A stretch of DNA of 64,000 nt from an uncultured delta proteobacterium (GCA_963745035.1 CAVUVW010000014.1:960001-1024000); one strand, 5' to 3'; positions 28,242 to 39,084 are shown, numbered from the stretch's first letter. The notes: generated by a model not told the origin, from the sequence alone. Numbers and translations are program-made.

Positions 28242-30713
28242 GTGGACCAAGCTAGCCAGCCTCCCGGACGAGTGAAGCGCTTCCTGCAGCGCCTCTTAAG
28301 CTATTTTCGCGTCGCGGCCGATGCGGCTCTGACGCCGCGGGCGAGAGTGATCTCGGGAGCGAAGGGGTTGGGAGTCCTGGCCGCGCTCGGGCTCGCGCTG
28401 TTGTGCCTCTACACTCTTGTCTTGATCCCGTTCACGCCGAGCATCGACGACCTCCGCAAGGCGAAAATCGATCAGCCGAGCGTGCTCGTGTCGGCGGACG
28501 GCAGGCGCTTGGCCAGCTTCAAGCCGATGAACCGCGATTGGGTCCGGCTCAACCAGGTCTCGCCGCACGTGATCAACGCGCTGATCGCGACCGAAGACCA
28601 CCGGTTTTACGAGCACTACGGCATCGATCTGTGGCGCACCGCGGGCGGCTTGTTGCGCGTCTTCATCGCCGATCCCGAGGGCGGCTCCACCTTGACCCAG
28701 CAGCTCGCGCGTAATTTGTACCCTGAGCAAATTGGCCGTCGGCGGACGATCACGCGCAAGATCAAAGAGACGATCACCGCGATCAAAATCGAATACGCCT
28801 ACACAAAGAGGGAAATCCTCGAAACCTATCTCAACAGCATGCCGTTCTTGTACAACGCCTTCGGCATCGAAATGGCGGCGCGCACGTACTTCGACAAGCC
28901 GGCGAGCAAGCTCACCGTCCTGGAAAGCGCCACATTGATCGCGATGTTGAAAGGCACGAGCTACTACAATCCGGTGCTCAATCCCGAGCGCGCGCTGCGG
29001 CGGCGCAACGTGGTGCTGGCGCAGATGGTCAAGCGCGGCGTGCTGCGCCAGGCGGAGCTCGAGCGGCTGAAGAGCCAGCCCATCCGTCTCGACTTCGAGC
29101 GCCAGCAGGAAGCGTTCGGGCCGGCGCCGCACCTGGCCGTGCATATCCGCAAGTGGCTCATCGACTGGGCCGACCGCAAAGACCTCAACATTTATTCCGA
29201 CGGCTTGATCGTGCACACGACCATCGACGCGCGCTTGCAGGCGGTGGCCAATCAAGCCGTGCAACGGCAGATGGAAGCCTTGCAGGCGGTCGCCGACGTG
29301 GAGTGGGCGACGAGCTCCGACCGGCTGCTCTCGGCCAACACGAGCGCGTATGTCGATCAGCGCCGGCGCGTGCAGCCCTTCGGCTATTTCTGGAAAACCA
29401 AGACTGGCTTGGTCGATTCGTTCATTCGAGAGTCGCCGGCTTACCGGACCGCGGTCGATCGCGGAGCGACGCCCGAAGCGGCGCTGGCGGAGCTGAAAGG
29501 CAATAAAGAATTCATCGCCAAGCTGCGCGCCGAGAAAACCCGACTGCAGGCGGGCTTTGTCGCCATCGACCCGGGAACGGGCCATGTCAAAGCGTGGGTC
29601 GGCAGCCGCGACTTCAAGACCGATCAATTCGATCACGTGGCGCAGGCCAGGCGCCAGCCCGGCTCGACGTTCAAGCCGTTTGTTTACGGCGCCGCCCTCG
29701 AGCAAGGAATGCCGCCCGACAAGCGCTTCATCGATCGCGAAGTGGAAATTCCCTTGCCCGACGGCACGGTGTGGCGCCCGTCCGACTCATCGCCTCCGAC
29801 CGGCCAGCCGATGACCGCGCGCGAGGGACTCATTTATTCGAAGAACACGATCACGGCTCAGGTCATGCGAGAGGTCGGGCCGCGCAAGACCGCCGAGCTG
29901 GCGCGCAGCATGGGAGTGAACCAGAGCAAGCTCGACGAAGTGCCTTCGCTGGCGCTCGGCACCAGTCCGGTCACGCCGCTGGAAATGGTCGCCGCCTATG
30001 CCACGCTGGCCGCGGGCGGCGTCTACCGCCAGCCCATCTTCGTGACCCGCGTCACGGATAAATGGGGCAACGTGCTGGCGGACTTCCAAAGCGAGCCGAA
30101 GGGCGTCGTCTCCGACAAGACCGTGGGGAACTTGATCAACATCCTGCGCGACGCGGTCGATCTGGGCACCGGACAAGCGATTCGAGGGCGTTTCGGCGTG
30201 CGCGCCGACGTTGCCGGAAAAACCGGCACCACGCAAAAAAATACCGACGGCTGGTTCGTCTTGATGCATCCGCGCCTGGTCGCCGGATCGTGGGTCGGCT
30301 TCAACGACTCGCGGGTAACCATGCGCAGCAACTATTGGGGCGAGGGCAGACACAACGCCCTGCTGCTGGTCGGCGATTTTTTTCAGCAAACCATCGACGC
30401 GCGCTTGGTCGACGGCAACGCGCGTTTTCCCTATGCGCGGCCGCGCGAGCCGGTGTGGGATCCTTATATCGATACGGCTAAAGACTTCTTTGGCTCCGCC
30501 TTGGATTGGCTTTTCGGGTCGAGAGACAAGCCGTCGTCTTCGTCGCCCCCCCGGCGCGAGCTCGAGCGCGAGCCGCCGCGTGATCGGGAGGACGATCCGC
30601 AAGAGCGGCGCAGACTGGAGCGGCAGTCTGAAAAAGAGCGTCTGATGGACCGATTGCAACAGAAGCGAGAGCAGTATGAGCGGGAGCAGTTGGAAAGGGA
30701 CGTGTACAGGTAG
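28242..30713 (+). CDS. Class A penicillin-binding protein (PBP1A family)
   Basis: ATEDHRF, GGSTLTQQLARN, RKIKE transglycosylase motifs; RQPGSTFKP, SKN, GKTGTT. Confidence 0.95.
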   Translation: MDQASQPPGRVKRFLQRLLSYFRVAADAALTPRARVISGAKGLGVLAALGLALLCLYTLVLIPFTPSIDDLRKAKIDQPSVLVSADGRRLASFKPMNRDWVRLNQVSPHVINALIATEDHRFYEHYGIDLWRTAGGLLRVFIADPEGGSTLTQQLARNLYPEQIGRRRTITRKIKETITAIKIEYAYTKREILETYLNSMPFLYNAFGIEMAARTYFDKPASKLTVLESATLIAMLKGTSYYNPVLNPERALRRRNVVLAQMVKRGVLRQAELERLKSQPIRLDFERQQEAFGPAPHLAVHIRKWLIDWADRKDLNIYSDGLIVHTTIDARLQAVANQAVQRQMEALQAVADVEWATSSDRLLSANTSAYVDQRRRVQPFGYFWKTKTGLVDSFIRESPAYRTAVDRGATPEAALAELKGNKEFIAKLRAEKTRLQAGFVAIDPGTGHVKAWVGSRDFKTDQFDHVAQARRQPGSTFKPFVYGAALEQGMPPDKRFIDREVEIPLPDGTVWRPSDSSPPTGQPMTAREGLIYSKNTITAQVMREVGPRKTAELARSMGVNQSKLDEVPSLALGTSPVTPLEMVAAYATLAAGGVYRQPIFVTRVTDKWGNVLADFQSEPKGVVSDKTVGNLINILRDAVDLGTGQAIRGRFGVRADVAGKTGTTQKNTDGWFVLMHPRLVAGSWVGFNDSRVTMRSNYWGEGRHNALLLVGDFFQQTIDARLVDGNARFPYARPREPVWDPYIDTAKDFFGSALDWLFGSRDKPSSSSPPRRELEREPPRDREDDPQERRRLERQSEKERLMDRLQQKREQYEREQLERDVYR

Positions 30714-30780
30714 CGCGACGAGAATTATCTTCGGCTAAGCGCGGCGTTCGATCACAGGGTCAGTTTGCTTGTTGCAGAAT

Positions 30781-30812
30781 AAGAAAGATTTCTCCCTTTG
30801 GTCGAAATGACA
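30781..30812. repeat. Repeat family B (AGATTTCTCCCTTTGGTCGAAATGACA)
   Basis: Related copies at 36448-36520 and 39085-39115. Confidence 0.65.
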
Positions 30813-30897
30813 AGGCCAACTTGCGCGACATACTTCGATCATTCGCTCGATGGACTTCGGCATATAAGACCGGCGCGTCTATCGGCAGCATGTCGTG

Positions 30898-31863
30898 TCA
30901 AAGGCCTTTGGCTGCCTCACGGACGACTGAAGTGTCGATCAACGCGCCTGGGGCGATGTTCTTGGCCTCAGGACTGCTCCGCGCCAGATCTTCGAGAATC
31001 GTTTTGACTCCATCCTCCAAGGGATAGGGAACGTCGGGGATAATTTTGATTTGGTGGTCGAGGGCGGTTCTCACGGCCTCGACGTCCGTGCGCACGTACT
31101 TGGCGAGCACTTTTTCGGCAAACGGCCGGTCGGTTTTCATCCGTTTGATCGCGAGCATGGACGCCCGCATAAACTTTACCGCCACGGACCGATTCTTTTC
31201 CAAGAAGCCGCGCGTGGTGCCATGTCCGGTGAGTAAATAGGGAACTTTGAGCTCTTCCAAGTCGAGCAGGATGCGCATGCCGGCCTTTTTCACCACGGGT
31301 GTGATGATCGGCGAAAACACCGACAAAGAAATGTCGCCTCTTTGCATTGCCAGCAGCCTGTCACCCTCCAGGCCGATTTGAATCATCGTGACGTCGGATT
31401 TTTTAAGCCCCAGATGCTTTAACGCGTATTCGGCCACGAAGTCCGACGTCGAGCCGAAACGGCTCACGGCCAACTTTTTCCCTTTTATATCTTCCGGCTT
31501 TTGGATCTCGGGCTTGGCGCCGAGAGTGTACGCCATGACGTTCTGCAGTCTGCTGATGATGACCACGTCCTTGTTGCCCTGAAGATACGCATAAGCGGCG
31601 GCGGTGCCGCCGATGAGACCGATGGGACTCTGGCCGGTAACCAGAAGTTGGACGGCGAGGGAGCCGCCGCGAATCAATAGCATGCGCACGTCCAAGCCTT
31701 GTTCGTCGAAGTAGCCGGCGTCCTTGGCGATCCACAGGCTCAGCATGTTCGCGTTGGTGGCCGAGTAGGTCACCGGCAAGACGATTTTGTCCTGCGCGGG
31801 AGAATTTTCGTAACGAAAGAGAAGAACGACGACGGCGACAACAAACAACAAACGGTTTTTCAT
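30898..31863 (-). CDS. ABC substrate-binding protein (NMT1/THI5-like)
   Basis: LWIAKDAGYF, KGKKLAVSRFGS, PYPLEDG. Confidence 0.88.
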   Translation of the reverse strand: MKNRLLFVVAVVVLLFRYENSPAQDKIVLPVTYSATNANMLSLWIAKDAGYFDEQGLDVRMLLIRGGSLAVQLLVTGQSPIGLIGGTAAAYAYLQGNKDVVIISRLQNVMAYTLGAKPEIQKPEDIKGKKLAVSRFGSTSDFVAEYALKHLGLKKSDVTMIQIGLEGDRLLAMQRGDISLSVFSPIITPVVKKAGMRILLDLEELKVPYLLTGHGTTRGFLEKNRSVAVKFMRASMLAIKRMKTDRPFAEKVLAKYVRTDVEAVRTALDHQIKIIPDVPYPLEDGVKTILEDLARSSPEAKNIAPGALIDTSVVREAAKGL

Positions 31864-32053
31864 ACGACTGCGCTCCTTCGCGCCGAAGATCCGGACTGGC
31901 AAAAACTAATCCGGATCGAGCTTGCGTGTCAACGCCGCGCAACCGACATTGCGCCGCCGGCGAGCAACGTCGAGATCAGCGCTTGACAGAGTTCGTTAAC
32001 GGCGTGTTATAGCTCTGCGCAAGAACGGTAAACTTCTTGAAGGAGAGTACTCG

Positions 32054-32944
32054 ATGATCACGGATACAGCCGGGCGCGATCACTTCGTTATCGATCAACA
32101 TGTCCACGTCGGTATGCGACCGGCGCGCTCCACCACCGCATCCAGCTCATACCTGCCGGACGAGTTGCTCGCCAACATGGACGCAAACGGCGTCGACATG
32201 GTGGTGGGATTTCCGAAGGCCAATCCGCACACCGATTACCGGGTTGAAAACGAGCGCATCATCGCCGCCATGAAGCAGCACCCGACGCGGATCGTCGCGT
32301 TTGCGCGGATCAATCCCTATTTCGGCGCTCAGGCGGTCGCCGACGTGCACGACTACGCGTCGAAGGGCGCGCTCGGGCTAAAAATCCATCCGCTGCGGGA
32401 CTTCTCGGGCAATCGCGTCAACGATCCCGAATTGATGTTTCCGATTGTCCAAGCGGCGCAAGAGGAAAATCTTTTGCTCCTGGTGCACAGCGGCAATTCC
32501 TGGAACTGCGCGCCGACCCTGATCGCCGATCTGGCCAGCAATTTTCCCAAGGCAAATTTCGTCATCGCCCACTCGGCGGGCTTCGAAGGTCATCAAGAGG
32601 CGATCGTGGCGGCGCGGCGCCAACCCAATTTGTATTTCGACACCGCGTCCAACGGCTACCCGGACATCACCACCAACGTCGTTCGCGCGCTCGGCCCTGA
32701 GCGGGTCGTTTACGGCTCGGATCATCCGACCCTGCCGTTCGGTTTCGAGATCGGCAAGATCGTCAAGTACGCCGGGCTCAATTCCGATCAACTGGATCTG
32801 ATCCTCGGTAAAAACCTCGCGCGTCTGCTTCGTGTCGAGCCGAAACCGTCGGCGCCGAAAACCATGGACATCATGCCGCATCTGACCCGCAACGCCGTCA
32901 GTTCTCGTGCGGGCGGGAATCTAGGTAAGAGATCTAGCTGCTGA
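32054..32944 (+). CDS. Amidohydrolase_2 family protein
   Basis: IDQHVH, GLKIHP, VHSG, IAHS, YGSDHP. Confidence 0.9.
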   Translation: MITDTAGRDHFVIDQHVHVGMRPARSTTASSSYLPDELLANMDANGVDMVVGFPKANPHTDYRVENERIIAAMKQHPTRIVAFARINPYFGAQAVADVHDYASKGALGLKIHPLRDFSGNRVNDPELMFPIVQAAQEENLLLLVHSGNSWNCAPTLIADLASNFPKANFVIAHSAGFEGHQEAIVAARRQPNLYFDTASNGYPDITTNVVRALGPERVVYGSDHPTLPFGFEIGKIVKYAGLNSDQLDLILGKNLARLLRVEPKPSAPKTMDIMPHLTRNAVSSRAGGNLGKRSSC

Positions 32945-32988
32945 TCCGGCAGTGGTTTTGTGGGAATGCCCGTGCGCCGCCCGAAGGG

Positions 32989-34074
32989 TCAGCCTTCGCG
33001 CAGCTTAAACGGGTTTTCACCGAGCAAGCCGCTCATCAGGCTGGGATCTTCATCTTTTTTCAAGGACTGCGCCAGCTCGAGCAGATAGTCTTCCTGCAAC
33101 ACCGCGTCGTACAGCGACATGGAGCCGTCGGATTTAAGCGGTTTGCCGCCGATGAAGTGAAAGGAATGGCAGTCCCAGTCGTAAAACTCGTCGCCGCGGC
33201 TGCTGATCTCTTTCCAGCGGATGCCGACGGGGCTGCGGTGCAACCCGGTTCGCGCGGGCAGCGCCTCTTGCTCTGCTAACGGAAGATTCAGGTCTGCCTT
33301 GTAGCCTTTTTCCTCGGGAATGCCGTCCCACATGCGCCGGTAGCTGGGCAGGAACTCTTCGTGTCGAACGGTCAACGCGGTGTGCATGTCCCACCAGGTG
33401 CCGTGGCCCGAGACGCGCTCATCGACCTTGTCGACCAATTTGTACACCAATCTGCCGCCCGCGCGCAGGCGCAGAACCAGCGTTCCTTCGCCCGTCCTGG
33501 CGTTTTGCTCCGCTTCGATGCTGCAATATTTTTCGAAGAACGCGGCCGTTCTGGCAAGCTCGCGGGCGCCGAACACGGCATGGCTGATGCGGCCGACTCT
33601 TTCTTCCGTGGCGATCTCCATGGCGCCCTCCGGCATTTTCACCGGCGCCCAAAATTCGTACTGATTGCCGTCGGGGTCGGCGAAGTAGATGACGGTGCCT
33701 TCGTCGCCGTCGGCGGCCGTGCGAATCGCGTCGCTGTGCGGGATCTTGTGCCGCTCGAGCCGGCGCAGATGCGCGTCGATGTCTTCGGGCCGAATATAAA
33801 ACCCGCAGCGCGGCAGATCTTCTCCCAGAGGCTTGGGCGCCGGGAAAACTTCAGGCTGAAGAAACGCGCCGATGCGGCAGGAGCCGCCCTCCCACCACAG
33901 GAAGCTGGTGATCTTGATGTTTCTCTTTCGCGCTACAGTCGTCAGACCGATGATCGGCCGGCGCGTGATGCCAGTGGCGTTGACTGCCCAATCGACCCAG
34001 GCGCCCATGTCGTTGGTGCCGACGACGTAGTGATCGATCCAATGTACTGCGCCGCGAGGTTCACTCTTAGTCAT
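32989..34074 (-). CDS. VOC/glyoxalase-superfamily protein (two modules)
   Basis: IDHYVV, IYFADPDGNQYEF, ISHAVF, FYDWDCHSFHF. Confidence 0.8.
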   Translation of the reverse strand: MTKSEPRGAVHWIDHYVVGTNDMGAWVDWAVNATGITRRPIIGLTTVARKRNIKITSFLWWEGGSCRIGAFLQPEVFPAPKPLGEDLPRCGFYIRPEDIDAHLRRLERHKIPHSDAIRTAADGDEGTVIYFADPDGNQYEFWAPVKMPEGAMEIATEERVGRISHAVFGARELARTAAFFEKYCSIEAEQNARTGEGTLVLRLRAGGRLVYKLVDKVDERVSGHGTWWDMHTALTVRHEEFLPSYRRMWDGIPEEKGYKADLNLPLAEQEALPARTGLHRSPVGIRWKEISSRGDEFYDWDCHSFHFIGGKPLKSDGSMSLYDAVLQEDYLLELAQSLKKDEDPSLMSGLLGENPFKLREG

Positions 34075-34255
34075 CGAAGGAACTCCCGTTCAAATCGTGC
34101 AAGTCGTTCAACCGCTGCGCTCCATGCAAATCGCTGCCAGCACAAAATAAACCGCAAGCCGAACCGGATTGCACTCGGCAGCGTTCAATTCCATGCACAA
34201 CTGGAACTGTTTGGTTCATTTCAGACGTCAGGAACAATTTAAACTCTGCTATCCG

Positions 34256-35314
34256 CTAACTCGCCGCGCGCGCTCGTTGCTTCGTCTCCAGGCTCAGGCC
34301 GACGATGAACGCCGGGTTCACCGTCGACATGGTGTAGATCTCCTCGGCCGTGCAGCCGAACGCCGACATATAGCCGCGCAGCAGGCGGAGCGATTCCACG
34401 GAATTGGGAAACAGCGGCTCGCCGGCGTCCGAAGACAGCGTGCAGTGCTCGACGCCCACCGCGCGAATGGCCTTGTACATGTTTGCCGGATCGATGCCGA
34501 GGAGCGGCGACAGCTCGTCGAAAGTAAAGTTAAGCCATAGATCGGCGGAAGCCGCGTCTTTCATCTCCTCGATGGTCAGATTGACGAACGGGCTGAACGG
34601 ATGATCGACGACGCCGCGTTTGAAGCCGATCTTGTGGCTGTATTCCGCCATCGCCTTGAACTCCGGCTTGGTCGGATGGCCGAAAAAGACCGCGGCGCCG
34701 TGATCGTGCGCCATGCGGAAGATCTCTTCGATCTCCGGCTGGAGCCGGCCTTTGTCGTCGAGCAGATAGTGGCCGTACTTGAGCGAGTCGGACCAGGGAA
34801 GAGGGTCGGTGTGGGCCTTTGGGTCGGCGTTCTTGTCCCAAGCGCTCGGCTTGCCGCCGACGATGGAGAGTGTGTTGGCCGAAGTATTGTTGGGCATCCA
34901 CAGGCCGACGACGCCGGCCTTGAGCTGCTTTTCCGACCAGGCCGGTTCGATCTTCGAGAGAAAACCCTGGGTGACCGAGCTGCCGGGCCACAGGTGCGCC
35001 GGCGTCAAGCCCTGCTCCGCGCACCAGGATTCCAGCGCGGTGCGCACGCCGGCCACTGTCCCGGCCGGATCTTTTCGTCCGACGATCGTCTTGTAAAGAA
35101 TGCCTTTCATGCCGCTCTTGGAGGCGAGCTTGGCGACGCCGAGAGCATCCTGTTGGCCCTCGTGAGCATGGCAATGGATGTCGATCGCATCGTCGACGCC
35201 GACGACGTGATCCACCGAAGGGTCGACGGCCTGTTTGTAGCCGCGCCGGGCCGGATACGATGTCACCGAGCGGACGCTGCTCGGGGTGGCGTAGTTTGGA
35301 TTGCTATCGGCCAT
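34256..35314 (-). CDS. DUF6282-like amidohydrolase-fold protein
   Basis: IDIHCHA, LWMP, FGHP, VDHP, LSSDAG. Confidence 0.75.
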   Translation of the reverse strand: MADSNPNYATPSSVRSVTSYPARRGYKQAVDPSVDHVVGVDDAIDIHCHAHEGQQDALGVAKLASKSGMKGILYKTIVGRKDPAGTVAGVRTALESWCAEQGLTPAHLWPGSSVTQGFLSKIEPAWSEKQLKAGVVGLWMPNNTSANTLSIVGGKPSAWDKNADPKAHTDPLPWSDSLKYGHYLLDDKGRLQPEIEEIFRMAHDHGAAVFFGHPTKPEFKAMAEYSHKIGFKRGVVDHPFSPFVNLTIEEMKDAASADLWLNFTFDELSPLLGIDPANMYKAIRAVGVEHCTLSSDAGEPLFPNSVESLRLLRGYMSAFGCTAEEIYTMSTVNPAFIVGLSLETKQRARAAS

Positions 35315-35459
35315 AATCAGTCCTCCCGATCATCGATTTGATCGGACCATAACGCGTCCGCGCGCGGCGGGCAACCGGTTTGCGTTTTGCGGAGAAAGCG
35401 TTCCAGTGGTTTCAATCGTTTCAGTCGTTTGATCGCTGCGAGCCGCAACGTTCCGTGCG

Positions 35460-36365
35460 CTACGCTTCTTTGAAGCCGTGCAGCCGCGCGGGATTGTCGA
35501 CTAGAATTTTGCGCAGCAGCGCCTGATCGCCGTCGACGTAACGGTAAAGCAGCTCGACTTCCTCGGCATCGTTCATCATGCGCTTGGTCCATTGCGGGTG
35601 CGGCCAGTCAGTGCCCCAGATGATGCGGTCGGGCGCCGCTTCGATGAACGCTCTGCCGTAAGGAATGGCGTCGTCCCAGCCCGCGTCCATTTTCGAATCG
35701 CGGTTGCCGTTGGACACCATCATCCACCAGTTCTCCTGCTTGAGCATATCGAGCACCCAGCGGATCACCGGCCGGTCCATGCCGCCTTCAAAGCCGACGT
35801 GGCCGAAGTGATCGATCACCATCGCCACGTCCGTGAGCGAGCGCAATAGATCCGAGTTCTCCAGAAGGTCGTCGCCGTTGACGTGCAGGCGCGCGTGCCA
35901 ACCGAGCTCGCGCAGCCGCGCCATCGAGCGCCTGACTTCGGACTCGCGCTGGTCGAGAGTCAGGAAGCGCACGAAGTTGAAGCGCGCGCCGCGCACGCCC
36001 GCCGCGTGCATGCGGTCGAGCTCCTGGTCCGACACGCGATCATCGACGATGCCGATGCCGCGGTAGCGGTCGCGATCGTTGAGGCTTTCAAGCGCATGCA
36101 GCAGCAGGCGATGATCGCTGCCGTAAATGGCGCTGTGGACGATCACGCCGCGCTCGAAGCCGATGGCCGCGTGCATTCTTCGTGCTTCGGCAAACGTCGC
36201 GCTGGCGATGGGCGGGTAGGGCGGATTGGCTCGCGGCGCAAACCGCGCCGGATCTTCGTAAATGTGAAACTGGCAGTCGCAGCTTCCTCGCGGCGGCGCG
36301 GGTACCGGCATGCGCGGATTTTTGTCCCATTCGTAATACTTCGTTCCGGCGCTCGCCATTCTCAT
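35460..36365 (-). CDS. Amidohydrolase, 2-pyrone-4,6-dicarboxylate lactonase (LigI)-like
   Basis: CDCQFHI, GVRGARFNF, VIDHFG, IWGTDWPHP, ILVDNPARL. Confidence 0.85.
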   Translation of the reverse strand: MRMASAGTKYYEWDKNPRMPVPAPPRGSCDCQFHIYEDPARFAPRANPPYPPIASATFAEARRMHAAIGFERGVIVHSAIYGSDHRLLLHALESLNDRDRYRGIGIVDDRVSDQELDRMHAAGVRGARFNFVRFLTLDQRESEVRRSMARLRELGWHARLHVNGDDLLENSDLLRSLTDVAMVIDHFGHVGFEGGMDRPVIRWVLDMLKQENWWMMVSNGNRDSKMDAGWDDAIPYGRAFIEAAPDRIIWGTDWPHPQWTKRMMNDAEEVELLYRYVDGDQALLRKILVDNPARLHGFKEA

Positions 36366-36405
36366 TCTCCCTCGATTGTTGAGCGATTCTCTCGAATTCA
36401 GGTAG

Positions 36406-36533
36406 TGGTGCAGTTTGGCCCCCGACGGGCATTAAATCACTGGAGAAGGATTCCTCGCATTCGATCGGAATGACAACAAAATAAGAGACGTGTCATCTCG
36501 AACGAAGTGAGAGATCTTTCCGAACTGCACCCC
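36406..36533. mobile_element. MITE-like palindromic element (GTGCAGTTTGG...CCGAACTGCAC) enclosing two family-B repeats
   Basis: Terminal inverted repeats plus internal ...GGAATGACA / TGTCATCTCGAACGAAGTGAGAGATCT inverted pair. Confidence 0.5.
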
Positions 36534-36541
36534 AGATTGCC

Positions 36542-38560
36542 TCATGGTTCCCCTTTCAGCGGGCCGAAGCCTTTTGGCGGACGACGGTGTTTGGTGCCGG
36601 CTTCGTACGCGGACGCGATCTCGAAGAGATTCGTCTCGTCAAAGGGACGGGCGAGAAACTCCATGCTGACCGGAATCTGATCGGGCTTGGGACCTTCCAG
36701 GCGGCTGCCGTTGGGATCGGTGGCGTCGGGCACGCGGTCGTAGACTTCGCGCGTAAAGCCCGCCGGCACGACGATGGCGGGGAAGCCGCTTACCGGGCTC
36801 AAGTTCACGCTCCAACTGCTGCCGGCGCCGCGCCAAAGATCCAAATCGGTTTTCAGCACGGCTTCGCCCGGCAACAAATTCGCATCGGACAGTTGCGTGC
36901 CGGCCTTCAAAATGCGCGGCTCGGTGCGCGCGTTGTACACTTCCGGCGTGCGGTTGGCCAACACCATGTGCGGTGGAATCGTGCTGTACGGATAGACCAG
37001 CGCATCGAGATTATTGTCCGCCATGACTTTGTACAAAATGCGCTGCAGATTCTGCATGCGGAGAATGTGGCTGGAGTGCGCCGGAGTATCCAGGGTTTTC
37101 GCCTTGGCGCCGAATGCGTTCTGCAACACCGGCAGGTCGCCCGCAAAGGTTTTTGTCGCGAACATGTCTTCGACGCCGCGGAAGTTGGCGTCGCCGCGCT
37201 CGCGCAAATAGACGTTCATCGCATACTTGCCTTCTTCGCCGCGGCGCTGGCCGGCGATCATGCGCAGATTGACGCCGCGGACTCCGGTCGGAAGGGTTTT
37301 CGGATCGATCGTGAACGCCACCATGCGATCGATCGGGTCGGTGCCCGCGGCAACGCCTTCTTTGTACGTTTGAGTGAAGAAGCTCGGTTCGTAGGACGAG
37401 ATGATCTCGGCGATGGCGCCGTCGAAGCTCACCGGGTCGACGATCGTGGCGCCGAGGCGCTTCAAGTCGGCGATCGCCTGGTTGGCGATACGAATGCTGT
37501 CGCGATCGGCGAGGGTCGCTTCGATCATGAATTCGCGCACCACGCCCAGGCGCTTGCCGGCCAGAGATTTTTTATTCGCATGAGTCCGGTACGCGACTGG
37601 TTTCCGGCCGTGCGCCACCGCGGTCACATGATCGCGCGGGTCGGCGCCCGTAACGACTTCGAGCACCGCCGCGGTGTCTTGCACGGTGCGGCACATCGGC
37701 CCGCCGCGGTCGCGGGAAAACGATAAAGGAATGATTCCCGCCCGGCTCACCAAGCCTTGAGTTGCGATCATGCCGACGAGCGCGTTGGCGCTCGACGGAA
37801 AGCGCACCGAGCCGGAAGTATCGGTGCCGAGCGCGCACATCGCCAGATTGGCAGCGACCGCCGCGCCGGAGCCGGCGCTGGAGCCGCCGGGAACGCGCTT
37901 GGTATCGTACGGATTGCAAGTCTGCCCGCCAAGCGCGCTGCGCGCGATGCTTGCCGGAGCGTACTCATCCATGTTGGTCTTGCCGAGAAAGATCGCCCCC
38001 GCCGCGCGCAGCTTCGCGATCATGGTGGCATCGCGAGGCGGCTTGTCGTTGGCGTAGGCCGCGGCGGCGCCGGCGGTCGTGAGCATATCGACGGTATCGT
38101 AGTTGTCCTTGATCGCGAAAGGAATGCCGTGCAGCGGTCCGACGAACCGTCCGGTGCGCGCAAAGTGCGCGTCCTGCGCGCGGGCGACTTCCAACGCATC
38201 CGGCATTTTCGGATCGTTGTCGGCCGTATCGGTCTTCGATCGTTTGCCGCGAATGTTGAGCGTCATGTAGGCATTGAGCTGCCCGGCATTCTCGATCGGC
38301 GTCAAATCGCCGAGCATCAAGCCGGTAGCCGGATCGGCGTCGCCTTTGACGCAGACGCCGTTGTAGGCTTCGATGCGCTTGAAGTAGAGCTGCACGAGCT
38401 GCGTTGCGGTGATCTGCTTGGCGCGGATGGCGCGGTGGACGTCGGCGATGGTCGCTTCTTCGAGATGAAATCGAGCCGACTGAGCGCCTGCATCACGGAT
38501 CAACGCGAGCAAAGCGAGGCCCAGAGTCGCGATGGTTCGAAAAGAGCTTGAAAAATCCAC
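36542..38560 (-). CDS. Amidase signature family protein, probably secreted
   Basis: PLHGIPFAIKDN, GKTNMDE, GGSSAGS, GTDTSGSVRFPS; signal peptide. Confidence 0.92.
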   Translation of the reverse strand: MDFSSSFRTIATLGLALLALIRDAGAQSARFHLEEATIADVHRAIRAKQITATQLVQLYFKRIEAYNGVCVKGDADPATGLMLGDLTPIENAGQLNAYMTLNIRGKRSKTDTADNDPKMPDALEVARAQDAHFARTGRFVGPLHGIPFAIKDNYDTVDMLTTAGAAAAYANDKPPRDATMIAKLRAAGAIFLGKTNMDEYAPASIARSALGGQTCNPYDTKRVPGGSSAGSGAAVAANLAMCALGTDTSGSVRFPSSANALVGMIATQGLVSRAGIIPLSFSRDRGGPMCRTVQDTAAVLEVVTGADPRDHVTAVAHGRKPVAYRTHANKKSLAGKRLGVVREFMIEATLADRDSIRIANQAIADLKRLGATIVDPVSFDGAIAEIISSYEPSFFTQTYKEGVAAGTDPIDRMVAFTIDPKTLPTGVRGVNLRMIAGQRRGEEGKYAMNVYLRERGDANFRGVEDMFATKTFAGDLPVLQNAFGAKAKTLDTPAHSSHILRMQNLQRILYKVMADNNLDALVYPYSTIPPHMVLANRTPEVYNARTEPRILKAGTQLSDANLLPGEAVLKTDLDLWRGAGSSWSVNLSPVSGFPAIVVPAGFTREVYDRVPDATDPNGSRLEGPKPDQIPVSMEFLARPFDETNLFEIASAYEAGTKHRRPPKGFGPLKGEP

Positions 38561-38656
38561 GATACAACCTCCCGCGCTCGTTCTGCGCCGACAATAATCG
38601 CGAGGAGGATCGTGGGTCAACAGAAAATCAGCGCCGGAGACAAATTTGGACTCGAA

Positions 38657-38938
38657 TCATGCGCGCGAGTCACTGGGAAATCTTCGAGCCGCGCGGGCGT
38701 GCGCCTTGGCGGTCTCTTCCGCGCGGTTTTTCGGCGGTGCGTTGGTTTCGAGGGAGGCGAGAAGCTTGGCGGATGCCGCCGCGATCTCGTCGATTGCGGC
38801 AAGAAAGGCGGCTTCGTTGGTTTTCGACGGTCTGTTGAAGCCGCTCAGCTTTCTCACGAACTGTAGCGACGCCGCGCGGATCTCGTCCGGGCTCACGGGC
38901 GGCTCGAAGTTGAAAAGGGTTTTGATGCTTCTACACAT
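38657..38938 (-). CDS. DUF2277 family protein
   Basis: MCRSIKTLFNFEPP..EIRAASLQFVRKLSG. Confidence 0.85.
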   Translation of the reverse strand: MCRSIKTLFNFEPPVSPDEIRAASLQFVRKLSGFNRPSKTNEAAFLAAIDEIAAASAKLLASLETNAPPKNRAEETAKAHARAARRFPSDSRA

Positions 38939-39084
38939 AGGTTGCTCCTCCCGCTCTGTCGCGAATATCGTAATACTATAGTTTACGATTTGCGCGGTCT
39001 GGGCAAATGATTCGGACGCTGATGGCACTCGGTTTCAGAAAATTCCTCCGCCAAGGCTCGATCCGGAGCACATGCGAGGGAGCT

